64,000 nucleotides of DNA from Bacteroidales bacterium (GTDB lineage: Bacteria; Bacteroidota; Bacteroidia; Bacteroidales; WCHB1-69), in assembly GCA_017551725.1 (NCBI GenBank), contig JAFZKY010000021.1:2547-66546 (forward strand), written 5' to 3'. The translations under genes and the position numbers were made by a program. Positions within the stretch are counted from its first letter, which is position 1; each line of letters begins with the position of its first letter. This document shows, piece after piece, positions 47,828 to 58,316 of the stretch. The notes below the pieces were generated by a model. It had not been told where the DNA came from and searched no databases. It saw only the letters and a program-made list of their open reading frames with translations.

Positions 47828-48163
47828 ATGAATTCTACAAGACAACAGAAAATAGCATCCTTGCTCCAAAAAGAACTGGCCAACCTGTTCCTGCAAGACA
47901 GCAAGAGCCTGTATAACTGCATGATTACGGTGACGAAGACTACCATCACCTCCGACCTTTCCATTGCGAGAGCTTACCTGAGCATCTATATGGCCCCGGA
48001 CAAGGATGTGGTAATCAAGGCTATCCGTGAGAACACCAAGGACATCCGCTTTCGCCTCGGCCAGCAGATCAAAAACCAGTTGCGCGTGGTGCCTCACTTG
48101 GAGTTCTTCATCGACGACACGTTGGACTACATGGAGCATATTGACAGCCTTTTGAAAAAATAG
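47828..48163 (+). CDS. rbfA: Ribosome-binding factor A
   Basis: TRQQKIASLLQKEL, DLSIARAYLSI and QLRVVP.LEFFIDD motifs. Confidence 0.96.
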   Translation: MNSTRQQKIASLLQKELANLFLQDSKSLYNCMITVTKTTITSDLSIARAYLSIYMAPDKDVVIKAIRENTKDIRFRLGQQIKNQLRVVPHLEFFIDDTLDYMEHIDSLLKK

Positions 48164-48165
48164 AG

Positions 48166-49410
48166 TTGGAATTATCACAACAGAAAACGGCCGCCTTCAT
48201 CGCGTTGCGATATGTTTTCTCGAAGAAGAAACACAATATCATCAACGTCATATCTCTTGTTTCCATGCTCGGCATCATGGTCAGCAGCGCGGCACTCGTC
48301 GTGGTGCTGTCGGTGTTCAACGGCATGGAGGAGATGATCGGGGGCTGGTTTAACTCGTTCAATCCCGACTTTAAAATCACCTTGGTGGAGGGGAAATCCT
48401 TCCCGGTGGACTCGTTCCCGATGGAAGATCTCAAGCGTCTTCCGGAGGTGGCGGCCGTGGATGAGGTGGTAAGCGACATGGTCCTGACTACGTATAACAA
48501 CCGGCAGGAACTGCTTACCATCAAGGGTGTTGGGGATGATTATGTGTCAAGAAACCGGTTGGACGAAATTCTCATAGATGGCAAATTTGCCCTGTGGCAG
48601 GGCGAGCAGCCCTGTGTGGTGGTGGGTGCCGTGGCCGCCGGCAAACTCCAGGTCAACCTGCTCAACTACGAGCTGATGAAGACCTACTATCCAAAGCGGA
48701 TGAAGAAAAACCTGGCGCAGGCGGCGGACGCCTTCAACACGCGCTACCTTTACCCGACGGGCGTGTTTATGACGAACACGAACTACGACGAGGATGTGGT
48801 CTTCTGCCCGATTGCGTTCGCCCGCGACCTGATGCACTACGAGGGCGAGGCTACCTCCATAGAGGTCCAGCTCCGCTCTCCCGACCATTATGCGAAATGT
48901 CAGAAGGAGGTGGAGAAAATTGTGAGCAGCCGCTTCAAGGTCCAGAACAAATACCAGCAGGAGGCATCGCTCTTTAAGACCATGCAGTCGGAAAAACTCA
49001 TTATTTACATCATCCTGGCCTTTATTCTGCTGGTGGCCGCCTTCAACATCATCGGCTCGCTGGGGATGTTGATGCTTGAGAAAAAAGAGGATATGGCCGT
49101 GTTGCGTCATCTGGGTGCCGGCGAGTCATTGATACAGCGGGTGTTCCTGTATGAGGGGGTGGTCGTCTCGCTCGTGGGCGGAATGCTCGGCATCCTGCTC
49201 GGCGTGGTGATAAGCGGGTTGCAGCAGATTTTCCATATCGTCAAACTCGGCGACGGCAGCACGGGATATGTTATCCCGTATTATCCGGTGCATATCCGGG
49301 TGACGGACCTCGCCATCGTGCTGCTGACAATCCTGATTGTGAGCTTGCTCACTTCGTTCCTTCCTGCCAGAAAATTGAAACAAGCCACCTCAAATCCCTA
49401 TATGTCATGA
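48166..49410 (+). CDS. LolC/LolE-like (FtsX-family) ABC permease
   Basis: IALRYVFSKK..NIINVIS, VLSVFNG, AAFNIIGSL.ML..EKK and YYPV motifs. TTG start. Confidence 0.88.
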   Translation: MELSQQKTAAFIALRYVFSKKKHNIINVISLVSMLGIMVSSAALVVVLSVFNGMEEMIGGWFNSFNPDFKITLVEGKSFPVDSFPMEDLKRLPEVAAVDEVVSDMVLTTYNNRQELLTIKGVGDDYVSRNRLDEILIDGKFALWQGEQPCVVVGAVAAGKLQVNLLNYELMKTYYPKRMKKNLAQAADAFNTRYLYPTGVFMTNTNYDEDVVFCPIAFARDLMHYEGEATSIEVQLRSPDHYAKCQKEVEKIVSSRFKVQNKYQQEASLFKTMQSEKLIIYIILAFILLVAAFNIIGSLGMLMLEKKEDMAVLRHLGAGESLIQRVFLYEGVVVSLVGGMLGILLGVVISGLQQIFHIVKLGDGSTGYVIPYYPVHIRVTDLAIVLLTILIVSLLTSFLPARKLKQATSNPYMS

Positions 49411-51767
49411 AAAAACTGCTGTTTATAGTTCTTTGTTCGGGCTTGCTGATGCAATCGTTTGCACAGATTCCAGTCGGGCGGTTTCGTAGTCACATCCCGA
49501 TGCATGCCTTCCATTCCGTGGCGGTGGCTTCGGATTATGTGTATGCCGCCACCACCAATGGTATGATGTTGCTGGATATCGCCACGATGGATGATAAAAA
49601 TCCGGATTTGCAGTCGTGGACCAAGGTGGATGGCCTTTCGGACATCGATATTGCCGTGATTTATTACGACAAACCGCATAAATGCCTGATTGTCTGCTAT
49701 AAGAATGGCAATCTGGATTTGATAAAAGAGGATGTCCTGTATAATCTCAGTGACATTAAAAACAAAGCTCTCAGCGGCTCCAAGCAGCCTTCCCATATTC
49801 GGGTGGTGGACGACATAGCCTATATTGCCTATCCGTTCGGGGTGGTTCTTCTGGACTTGAACGACCTGCTGGTGCTTGACACGTGGTTCACCCGGCGGAA
49901 TGGACGGCAGTTTGAGGTGACGGACTTCACGAAAACCCGCGACGAGTACTATATCAGCACCTCCAACGGCCTTTTCCATATTCGCACGGATCATCCCAAC
50001 CCGGCCAATTTCATGGAATGGGTTTGGGACGAACAGGCTGGAGATGCCTTATTTGACAATATCCTTTTCTTTGGTGGAAAACTCTTTGCCAACAAGGATT
50101 CCCATGACCCGTCAACATATCCCGCCATCTCCGACACGCTCTTCGTGAACGAGAATGGACAGTGGCATCCGACAGATTATGTGCCGTATGACCTGCGCTC
50201 CCTCACAGCTGCCGATGGCTATATGCTGGTTGGAAACTGGGATCATATTGATTTTCTGGATGAAACGCATCATCTGGTGAACAAATACTATTGGCAACAG
50301 TATTCCGGTTATCCCGATAACCAGGAGGCATTGCTGGATGGGAATTATATCTGGATTGCCGACAACCAGTACGGATTGGTCCGTATCAACGTTCAAGACC
50401 AGTCGCGTGTTGTCTTTACAGAAAGCGGACCATTTGCCAACAGTGTGGAGGGCATCAGTTGTGAGAAAGGCGTGGTGGCCGTGGTGCCCGGTTCCCGCAA
50501 GGGCTCGTCATATTCTCAGGGTTATCAGTACCCGTCGGCCAGTTGGTTTGTCAATCAGCAATGGCATTATTGCACGGATTTTTTGAATTATGATTCCCTG
50601 CATACCACATACGACTTGACGAATGTGGTGATCAACCCCCAAAACGAATCGGAATGTTACATTGCTTCGTGGGGTAATGGCTTGTTCCGGTGTGTGAACC
50701 ATGAGATTGTAGATCACTTCACATCCAACAACAGCATCCTTGATTCTATCAGCAATGGGCTGGTTTTTGTGTCGGGACTTGCTTACGACTCCAAAGGCAA
50801 TCTCTGGGTGACCAACAGCCAATGTGACAATATGTTGAAGATGAGGGAGCCGGATGGTACCTGGCATGAGTACAATATCACGCAAGGTGTGCTCACCGCT
50901 TCTTCTGCCGGCGTGGTGGCGGAAAATCTGCTGATTGATTCCCGTGGATATAAATGGGTGAATTTTCCGAGGGGTGACAATGTGAACAGGTACCATTTGG
51001 TGGCCTTTACGGAGAGTGGCACGTACGACAACCCGGGGGATGACAAGTTTGTCAGAATCAATATGAACGCTGCCTCCGAGGTGAATTCCACCAATGTTTT
51101 TTGCGTGACGGAGGATTTGGACGGTGAAATTTGGATTGGCACGGACAAGGGCATCAAGGTGATCTATTATCCCGATAAGGTCTTTGATGGCAATGTCTAT
51201 CCCAAAAACATACTTTTGGAGCAGGATGGTTATACGTCGGTACTTTTTGAGTTTGAGGAAATTACCGCTATCGCAGTGGATGGCGCGAACCGGAAGTGGG
51301 TGGGCACGAGCAAGGGTGGCGTTTTCCTGATCAGCGCGGACGGCGCGGAGGAGTTGCTCCATTTTACCGCCGAAGATCATCCGTTGTTTTCCAATCAGAT
51401 TTCCAGCATTGGCATTGACCCGTTGAGCGGGGAGGTCTTTTTTGGCAGCACGAAAGGGATGGTCAGCTACCGGGGGGAGGCCACTCGTGGCTCCGACGAT
51501 TACAGCGACCTGCTGGTGTTTCCCAATCCGGTGCGGCACGGCTATACCGGCCCGGTGGCCGTCAAGGGGTTGAAAAGCAATTCCTTGTGCAAGATAACGG
51601 ATGCTTCCGGGCGCTTGGTCTGGCAGGGCGTCAGCAACGGTGGCGAGCTGGTGTGGAACTGTCTGGACCATTTTGGCAGACGACCGGCCACAGGTGTCTA
51701 TTATGTGATGGCCTCCGATGAGAATGGCAAGCAGAAGATTGTTACAAAATTCCTGTTTATCCATTAG
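49407..51767 (+). CDS. porZ: T9SS component PorZ
   Basis: Two beta-propellers (GLSD, YKNGNLD, IAVDGANRKWVGT) and CTD VFPNPVR.GY.GPV...TGVY...KFLFIH. Upstream of recO, the usual Bacteroidota arrangement. Confidence 0.88.
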   Translation: MKKLLFIVLCSGLLMQSFAQIPVGRFRSHIPMHAFHSVAVASDYVYAATTNGMMLLDIATMDDKNPDLQSWTKVDGLSDIDIAVIYYDKPHKCLIVCYKNGNLDLIKEDVLYNLSDIKNKALSGSKQPSHIRVVDDIAYIAYPFGVVLLDLNDLLVLDTWFTRRNGRQFEVTDFTKTRDEYYISTSNGLFHIRTDHPNPANFMEWVWDEQAGDALFDNILFFGGKLFANKDSHDPSTYPAISDTLFVNENGQWHPTDYVPYDLRSLTAADGYMLVGNWDHIDFLDETHHLVNKYYWQQYSGYPDNQEALLDGNYIWIADNQYGLVRINVQDQSRVVFTESGPFANSVEGISCEKGVVAVVPGSRKGSSYSQGYQYPSASWFVNQQWHYCTDFLNYDSLHTTYDLTNVVINPQNESECYIASWGNGLFRCVNHEIVDHFTSNNSILDSISNGLVFVSGLAYDSKGNLWVTNSQCDNMLKMREPDGTWHEYNITQGVLTASSAGVVAENLLIDSRGYKWVNFPRGDNVNRYHLVAFTESGTYDNPGDDKFVRINMNAASEVNSTNVFCVTEDLDGEIWIGTDKGIKVIYYPDKVFDGNVYPKNILLEQDGYTSVLFEFEEITAIAVDGANRKWVGTSKGGVFLISADGAEELLHFTAEDHPLFSNQISSIGIDPLSGEVFFGSTKGMVSYRGEATRGSDDYSDLLVFPNPVRHGYTGPVAVKGLKSNSLCKITDASGRLVWQGVSNGGELVWNCLDHFGRRPATGVYYVMASDENGKQKIVTKFLFIH

Positions 51768-51780
51768 AGCCGAATGTGGT

Positions 51781-52494
51781 ATGCTGATTAACACCAGAGG
51801 AATTGTCTTACATTCAACGAAATACTCCGACACCTCGTTGGTTGTGAAAATCTACACCGAGGCCCGGGGCACGCAGTCGTTCATCGTGAAGGGTGTTCTC
51901 GGAAAGAAGGGCAAACTGCGTCCGGCTCTTTTCTCCTCGCTGGCATTGGTGAATCTGACGTTCGACGATAATCCGCGCCATAATTTGAAATATATCCGGG
52001 AGATGTCGCTTCAGCAGACGCCGGCGGATGTCTCCTTTGATCCGGTGCGCAGTTCCATCCTGATGTTTTACAATGAACTGTTGTACAAATTGTTGCCTGA
52101 GGCTGGGGAGGATGTCGTATTGTTCCACTTTTTGGAAAGGGAGATAGCGGATGTAGCCGGAGTGGGGGAGTTGGCTCCCGACCGCCCGTTGCGCTTTATG
52201 ATACGGTTGAGTGTGGTGCTGGGCTTTTTTCCGGAAAACAATTATTCGGAAAAGGAGTGCCATTTTTCTTTGGCTGAGGGCCGTTTCCAATCCTATTATG
52301 TGGATGAGCGCAACGATCTGCCGGTGGAGGAGAGCCGCTATTTGTCGCAGTTGATTTATGATGATGAGGTTGTGAGGGCTGACCGCACCCTGCGGAACAG
52401 CCTTCTCCGTTATCTTATACAATATTATATAATACACAACGAGCAAATCAAGACCATCGAGTCGGTGGATGTGCTGGCCGCCGTGTTGCATTAG
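51781..52494 (+). CDS. recO: DNA repair protein RecO
   Basis: TRGIVL...KYSDTSLVVKIYT...G and the C-terminal SVDVLAAVL. Confidence 0.92.
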   Translation: MLINTRGIVLHSTKYSDTSLVVKIYTEARGTQSFIVKGVLGKKGKLRPALFSSLALVNLTFDDNPRHNLKYIREMSLQQTPADVSFDPVRSSILMFYNELLYKLLPEAGEDVVLFHFLEREIADVAGVGELAPDRPLRFMIRLSVVLGFFPENNYSEKECHFSLAEGRFQSYYVDERNDLPVEESRYLSQLIYDDEVVRADRTLRNSLLRYLIQYYIIHNEQIKTIESVDVLAAVLH

Positions 52495-52554
52495 GATTTG
52501 TCGTGGGGAAATCGAATTTATTCGTATTTTTGCGCCGGTAAAAACAAAAGGAAT

Positions 52555-53568
52555 ATGGGCGAAGAACAATTCATTGATTATGTGAAGATTTTCTGCCGTT
52601 CGGGCAATGGTGGATCCGGCTCGGCGCATCTGGCGCGTACGGCGCGTAACCCGAAGGCCGGTCCCGACGGCGGCGACGGCGGCAAGGGCGGCAGCGTCAT
52701 TCTGAAGGCCAACCGTAACCTGTGGACGCTGTTGCATCTGCGCTACACGAAGCATATATTTGCCGAGGACGGCGGGAACGGACAGAAGAACAAATGTTTC
52801 GGCAAGAATGGCGAGAATGCCTACATTGAGGTGCCGCTGGGCACGGTGGTCCGGATGAGCGACACCGGCGAGTATGTGGGTGAGGTGCTTGAGGATGGCG
52901 AGGAACTGGTGATTATGAAAGGCGGGCGAGGCGGCCTTGGCAATGTGCATTTCAAAAGCCCCACCATGCAGACGCCACGCTTCGCGCAACCGGGCGAGGA
53001 GGGCACGGAGGGCTGGGTGAGCCTGGAGCTCAAGGTGCTGGCGGATGTGGGCCTGGTGGGCTTCCCCAATGCGGGCAAGTCCACGCTCATCAGCCAATTG
53101 TCGAATGCGAAACCTAAAATCGCCAATTATCCGTTTACCACGCTCACGCCCAATCTCGGTATGGTGGCTTACCGCGATTTCCAGTCCTTTGTCATCGCCG
53201 ACATTCCCGGAATCATAGAGGGAGCCTCCGAGGGCAAGGGCATTGGCCTGCGCTTTCTGCGCCATATCGAGCGCAACTCGGTTCTGCTCTACATGATCCC
53301 TGTGGTTTCGGAAGAGGGTCCCCGCACAGCGGACGAAATTGTGCGCGAGTGGAACATTCTCCGCCACGAACTCGAAGCTTATAATGACGAGCTGCTCGAC
53401 AAACGTTACCTCGTAGCCCTGACAAAATGCGACCTCACAACCCCCGAGGAAGTGGCGCGCCTTTTGGCAGAACTTCCGAAAAATATTCCCGTTATGAACA
53501 TTTCATCCTTGACAAATCTTCATCTTACCGAACTGAAAGACCGCCTTTGGTCTCTTCTGACGATGTGA
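52555..53568 (+). CDS. obgE: GTPase ObgE
   Basis: [33 protein letters not shown] and DIPGIIEGA motifs. Confidence 0.97.
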   Translation: MGEEQFIDYVKIFCRSGNGGSGSAHLARTARNPKAGPDGGDGGKGGSVILKANRNLWTLLHLRYTKHIFAEDGGNGQKNKCFGKNGENAYIEVPLGTVVRMSDTGEYVGEVLEDGEELVIMKGGRGGLGNVHFKSPTMQTPRFAQPGEEGTEGWVSLELKVLADVGLVGFPNAGKSTLISQLSNAKPKIANYPFTTLTPNLGMVAYRDFQSFVIADIPGIIEGASEGKGIGLRFLRHIERNSVLLYMIPVVSEEGPRTADEIVREWNILRHELEAYNDELLDKRYLVALTKCDLTTPEEVARLLAELPKNIPVMNISSLTNLHLTELKDRLWSLLTM

Positions 53569-53710
53569 AAATAAATTATATTGTGTTGATTATCAACAAA
53601 ATATAACTTTGTCAAATTTTTTAACGAAAAAAAGACCATATAGAGTTGGCATATTGAAAAAAAGTGTATTTTTGCGCCGTTAAAGAACGAAAGTAAAAGG
53701 AGATAGAAAA

Positions 53711-53899
53711 ATGGCAAAGAAAGTAAAAGAAGCTCGTCAACAGGTTATCCTGGAATGTACGGAACAAAAGGCAAGTGGCGTTCCGGGCATGTCAAGATAT
53801 ATCACGACGAAGAACAGAAAGAACACGCCTGACAGATTGGAGTTAATGAAATACAATCCGTATCTGAAGAAAATGACGTTACACAAAGAAGTTAAATAA
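53711..53899 (+). CDS. rpmG: 50S ribosomal protein L33
   Basis: VILECTE...[23 protein letters not shown]...HKEVK. Confidence 0.97.
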   Translation: MAKKVKEARQQVILECTEQKASGVPGMSRYITTKNRKNTPDRLELMKYNPYLKKMTLHKEVK

Positions 53900-53914
53900 T
53901 AAAATCGTAGAGAG

Positions 53915-54070
53915 ATGGCAAAGAAGGTTGTTGCAACATTGAAAAGAGAAGGTGGCGTTACCTATACGCGCGTCGTGAGAATGGAACGCTCACCGAAAAC
54001 GGGAGCTTACACCTTTAAAGAGGCTGTGATTGACTCCTCCACTGTAAAAGACTTTTTGGCTAAAAAGTAA
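53915..54070 (+). CDS. DUF4295 family small protein
   Basis: Manual translation MAKKVVATLKREGGVTYTRVVRMERSPKTGAYTFKEAVIDSSTVKDFLAKK* (51 aa, below the ORF-track cutoff). Lies between rpmG and ftsY. Confidence 0.92.
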   Translation: MAKKVVATLKREGGVTYTRVVRMERSPKTGAYTFKEAVIDSSTVKDFLAKK

Positions 54071-54092
54071 TATTTTGTTTTCATGGTTGAAG

Positions 54093-54122
54093 AAAGGTGG
54101 CCCTCCCGGGCCGCCTTTTTTC
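54093..54122 (+). terminator. Terminator after DUF4295
   Basis: aaaggtggcc / ggccgccttt stem followed by a T run. Confidence 0.75.
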
Positions 54123-54216
54123 GTTTAGGGAGAAGGCCCCCACGTATTGTTTTTTTCGCTATCTTTGCAACTGCATTTCAGCCCCTTCCATCGGGGCGTT
54201 TCAAAATTATACAGGC

Positions 54217-55176
54217 ATGGGATTCTTTTCTATATTTTCAAAAGAGAAAAAGCAGGAACTGGACGAAGGGCTCCAGAAATCCAAAGAGAGCTTTTTCGCC
54301 AAACTCGCCAAAACGGTTGTCGGAAAATCCAAGGTTGACGACGATGTGTTGGATAACCTGGAAGAGGTGCTTGTGACCTCCGACGTGGGTGTGGAGACCA
54401 CGCTGCGCATCATCGAGCGTATCGAGGCGCGTGTCTCCCGTGACAAATATATCGGTACTGAGCAACTCAATGCCATCCTCAAAGAGGAGATTGCCGGCCT
54501 GTTGTTGGAGAACGACATCGAGAAGGCCAACGACTTTGTGATTCCCGAGTTGGAAACGCCGTACATTGTGCTTGTTGTGGGCGTGAACGGTGTGGGCAAG
54601 ACCACCACCATCGGCAAGTTGGCCTACCAGTTCAAGAAAAAGGGCTATTCTGTCACGTTGGGTGCCGCCGACACGTTCCGTGCCGCCGCCATCGAGCAGT
54701 TGGCGGCATGGGCCAAACGCGCTGATGTGCCCATCATCACCCAGAAGATGGGCGCCGACCCGGCGGCGGTGGCCTACGACACCGTGGCTTCCGCCATCGC
54801 ACACAAGAGCGACGTGGTCATCATCGATACGGCCGGGCGCTTGCACAACAAGACCAACCTGATGAACGAGCTTATCAAGATCAAGAACGTGATCCGCAAG
54901 CTCGTGCCCGACGGTCCGCACGAGGTGCTGCTGGTCTTGGACGGCTCCACCGGCCAGAACGCCTTTGAGCAGGCTCGCCAGTTCTGCGCCGCCACTGAGG
55001 TTAACGCACTGGCCATCACCAAGCTGGATGGCACCGCCAAGGGTGGTGTGGTCATTGGCATCTCCGACCAGTTCAAGATTCCCATCAAATACATCGGCGT
55101 GGGCGAAAAAATTGACCAGCTGCAGGTCTTTAACCGCGCCGAGTTTGTGGACTCCCTTTTCCCTGACAACTGGTAA
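54217..55176 (+). CDS. ftsY: SRP receptor FtsY
   Basis: MGFFSIFSKEKK start, GVNGVGKTTTIGKLA, DTFRAAA, DTAGRL and TKLDGTAKGG motifs. Confidence 0.97.
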   Translation: MGFFSIFSKEKKQELDEGLQKSKESFFAKLAKTVVGKSKVDDDVLDNLEEVLVTSDVGVETTLRIIERIEARVSRDKYIGTEQLNAILKEEIAGLLLENDIEKANDFVIPELETPYIVLVVGVNGVGKTTTIGKLAYQFKKKGYSVTLGAADTFRAAAIEQLAAWAKRADVPIITQKMGADPAAVAYDTVASAIAHKSDVVIIDTAGRLHNKTNLMNELIKIKNVIRKLVPDGPHEVLLVLDGSTGQNAFEQARQFCAATEVNALAITKLDGTAKGGVVIGISDQFKIPIKYIGVGEKIDQLQVFNRAEFVDSLFPDNW

Positions 55177-55211
55177 ACCGCAATAATCCAATCCTTTAAC
55201 ATCCCAATGCC

Positions 55212-57623
55212 GTGCAAGTCACCATCGACCACAATTCAGGATTCTGCTTTGGTGTGATTCACGCCATCCAAACGGCGGAAGCGTACCTGTCAAAGCACGA
55301 CACCCTGTATTGCTTGGGCGACATTGTGCACAACAACGAGGAGGTGAAACGCCTCACCAGTCTCGGACTTCGTGTCATCAGCGACGAGCAGTTCCGTCAG
55401 CTGCGCGACACCACCGTGCTGATACGCGCCCACGGCGAGCCGCCGCAAACCTATCAGACGGCCAAAGCGAACAACATCACCCTCATTGATGCCACCTGCC
55501 CGGTGGTTTTGAAACTGCAACAGCGTATCGCCGACTTTTATCGTAATCCGGAAAATGCAGATATACAAATTCTTATCTTCGGCAAGAAAGGCCATGCTGA
55601 GGTGGTGGGACTGATGGGACAAGCCGACAACCGCGTGATTGTGATTTCCTCGCTGGAGGAGATTGACCGAATCGATTACCAGCGCCCGGCCATGTTGTAT
55701 TCGCAAACCACCCAAGGCCTGGAACCCTATTATGAGCTCATCCGGCTCATCAAGGAGCGTTACGAGGCCGCTGGCAATGGCGGCATGTTCCATTATGCCG
55801 ACACCATCTGCCGCAAAGTGGCCAACCGGACCGCCGAGATTGCCGAGTTCGCCCGACAGCACCAGGCCATCCTGTTCGTTTCCGGAGAGAAGAGTTCCAA
55901 CGGTCTGTATCTGTTCGACATCTGTCGGAAAAACAACTCCGCTACCTTCATGATTTCCGACCCTGCGCAGTTGGACGATCTTGACCTGCAGGCATATTCC
56001 ACCGTCGGCATCTGCGGTGCCACCTCCACGCCCATGTGGCTGATGGAGGAGTGTAAAAACAGAATTATCAATAAACAACATAGAAAAATGAAAAGAGCTA
56101 TCATCAGTGTAAGCGACAAAACCGGCATCGTACCTTTCGCCGCCGGACTTATAGAAGCGGGTTATGAGATCATCTCTACCGGCGGAACCAAGAAAGCCCT
56201 GGATGCAGCAGGTCTTAAAACCATTGGAATCAGTGAAATAACCGGGTTTCCGGAGATTATGGACGGGCGGGTGAAAACCTTGCATCCGAAAGTACACGGC
56301 AGACTGCTGGCCATCCGCGACAACGAGAAACACCAGCAGGAGATGCGCGAGAACGGCATTGAGCCCATCGACATGATTGTGGTGAATCTTTACCCGTTCA
56401 AGCAGACTATCGAGAAGGCCGGCGTGACCTATGAGGATGCCATCGAGAACATCGACATCGGCGGTCCCACCATGTTGCGCAGTGCCGCCAAGAACCACAA
56501 GTTCGTCACGGTGGTGGTGGATGCTGCTGATTACGATACGGTTTTGGCGGAAATCAAAGAAAATGGCGACACCACGTTTGAGACGCGTCGTCGCTTGGCC
56601 GCCAAGGTCTTCCGGCACACGGCCTCCTACGACAGCTATATTTCCGCCTACCTCACGGAGCAAGCCGGTGAGAAGGAGCCGGAGAGCCTTACGATGACCT
56701 TCTCGCGCAAGCAGAGTCTGCGCTATGGCGAAAATCCCCATCAGGAGGCCACTTTCTATGCGGGCAAGAAACAGGGCTTTTCCATCGCCTGGGCAGAACA
56801 ATTGCATGGCAAGGAATTGTCATATAATAATATACAGGATGCGGATGCCACCTTGCAGATTTTGAAGGAGTTCAAGGAACCGGCCATGGTGGCGGTGAAG
56901 CACAAGAATCCCTGTGGTGTGGGCTTGGGTGCTAACGCGCTGGAAGCCTGGCAGCGCGCCTACGAGGCGGATCCCGTGTCCATCTTCGGCGGCATCGTGG
57001 CCTCCAACCGCGAAATAGACCTGCCCACGGCGGAAGCCATGAAGCCTGTCTTCCTCGAAATCATCCTCGCCCCCAGTTTCACTCAGGAGGCCTTTGACCA
57101 TCTGGCCACCAAGAAAAATATCCGTCTGATGACCTTCGACCCGAGCTTTGAAAATGGCGATGAGAAGATGTTCATCAGCGTGCGCGGCGGCATGTTGCAG
57201 CAGACTATCGACAACAAGTCCACGGAGGATTATGTGTTGAATGTGGTCACCGAGAAGAAACCGACGGAGCAGGAATACGAAGACCTGTTTCTGGCGATGA
57301 AGATCTGCAAGCACGTGCGTTCCAATGCCATCACAGTGGCCAAGGACGGCAAGATTGCCGGCATCGGTGCAGGACAGATGAACAGGGTGGGTGCGGCCCA
57401 CATCGCTTTTGAGGAAGCCAAAGCCAAGGGTGTGACCTCCGGGCTGTGTCTGGCCTCCGATGCTTTCTTTCCCTTCGACGATGTGGTCAAGATGGCGGCC
57501 CAGTACGGTGTCACGGCCATCATCCAGCCCGGCGGCTCCGTCCGTGATGAAGACTCCATCAAAGCCTGCAACGAGCTTGGCATCGCGATGGTGTTCACCG
57601 GAGTACGGCATTTCAAACATTAA
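55212..57623 (+). CDS. ispH-purH: In-frame IspH (55212-~56087) and PurH (56088-57623) fusion ORF
   Basis: IspH motifs SGFCFGV, IRAHG, DATCP, SQTT, DTIC, SSNG and GATSTP. PurH motifs ISVSDKTG, GRVKTLHP, IDIGGP, LRYGENPHQ, KH.NPCG, ASDAFFPF and RHFKH. No stop codon between them. Confidence 0.93.
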   Translation: MQVTIDHNSGFCFGVIHAIQTAEAYLSKHDTLYCLGDIVHNNEEVKRLTSLGLRVISDEQFRQLRDTTVLIRAHGEPPQTYQTAKANNITLIDATCPVVLKLQQRIADFYRNPENADIQILIFGKKGHAEVVGLMGQADNRVIVISSLEEIDRIDYQRPAMLYSQTTQGLEPYYELIRLIKERYEAAGNGGMFHYADTICRKVANRTAEIAEFARQHQAILFVSGEKSSNGLYLFDICRKNNSATFMISDPAQLDDLDLQAYSTVGICGATSTPMWLMEECKNRIINKQHRKMKRAIISVSDKTGIVPFAAGLIEAGYEIISTGGTKKALDAAGLKTIGISEITGFPEIMDGRVKTLHPKVHGRLLAIRDNEKHQQEMRENGIEPIDMIVVNLYPFKQTIEKAGVTYEDAIENIDIGGPTMLRSAAKNHKFVTVVVDAADYDTVLAEIKENGDTTFETRRRLAAKVFRHTASYDSYISAYLTEQAGEKEPESLTMTFSRKQSLRYGENPHQEATFYAGKKQGFSIAWAEQLHGKELSYNNIQDADATLQILKEFKEPAMVAVKHKNPCGVGLGANALEAWQRAYEADPVSIFGGIVASNREIDLPTAEAMKPVFLEIILAPSFTQEAFDHLATKKNIRLMTFDPSFENGDEKMFISVRGGMLQQTIDNKSTEDYVLNVVTEKKPTEQEYEDLFLAMKICKHVRSNAITVAKDGKIAGIGAGQMNRVGAAHIAFEEAKAKGVTSGLCLASDAFFPFDDVVKMAAQYGVTAIIQPGGSVRDEDSIKACNELGIAMVFTGVRHFKH

Positions 57624-57629
57624 ACCGTT

Positions 57630-58307
57630 ATGGCAAACATCAACCCCACAATTGAACCCTCTTGGAAGACTCTCCTTTGGGACCAGTTTCAGGCCCCCTA
57701 TTTTGCGGAGCTGAAGCGTTTTTTGATTGAAGAGAAACAGCATTACCGCGTGTTCCCGCCGGGCAGCTGCATCTTCAACGCCTTCAATAGCACGCCGGTT
57801 GACCAGGTGAAGGTGGTCATCATCGGGCAGGATCCGTATCACGAGTACGGGCAAGCGCATGGCTTGTGCTTCTCGGTACAGGACGGGGTGCCGTTTCCCA
57901 AGTCATTGATTAACATATTCAAGGAGTTGAGCGACGATGTGGGATTCGTTACGCCACGGAGCGGCAATCTGCAGAAATGGACGCAGCAGGGCGTGCTTCT
58001 GCTCAATGCCACGCTCACGGTACGTGAACACGCCGCGGGCTCGCATCAGGGGCATGGCTGGGAAACCTTCACCGACTGTGCCATTCAGCGACTTTCGGAG
58101 CAGAAGGAGGGATTGGTGTTCCTGTTGTGGGGCAATTACGCCATCAACAAGCGCGCCCTCATCGACACAAGCAAGCATTATGTGCTTACGGCCGCGCACC
58201 CGTCGCCGCTGTCGGCATTCCGTGGCTTTTTTGGATGCAAGCATTTCTCGAAAACCAACCAGTTACTGCTGCAGATGGGCAAAACGCCCATTGACTGGCA
58301 GTTGTAA
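57630..58307 (+). CDS. ung: Uracil-DNA glycosylase
   Basis: GQDPYH, QAHGLCFSV, GVLLLN, HPSPLSA and FFGCKHFS motifs. Confidence 0.97.
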   Translation: MANINPTIEPSWKTLLWDQFQAPYFAELKRFLIEEKQHYRVFPPGSCIFNAFNSTPVDQVKVVIIGQDPYHEYGQAHGLCFSVQDGVPFPKSLINIFKELSDDVGFVTPRSGNLQKWTQQGVLLLNATLTVREHAAGSHQGHGWETFTDCAIQRLSEQKEGLVFLLWGNYAINKRALIDTSKHYVLTAAHPSPLSAFRGFFGCKHFSKTNQLLLQMGKTPIDWQL

Positions 58308-58316
58308 ATAATAGGA

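Noticed and set aside
54097-54216. Upstream extension of ftsY in the ORF track
   Set aside because: Spans a terminator and a TATCTTTG promoter element (54160-54167). MGFFSIF at 54217 is the typical start.
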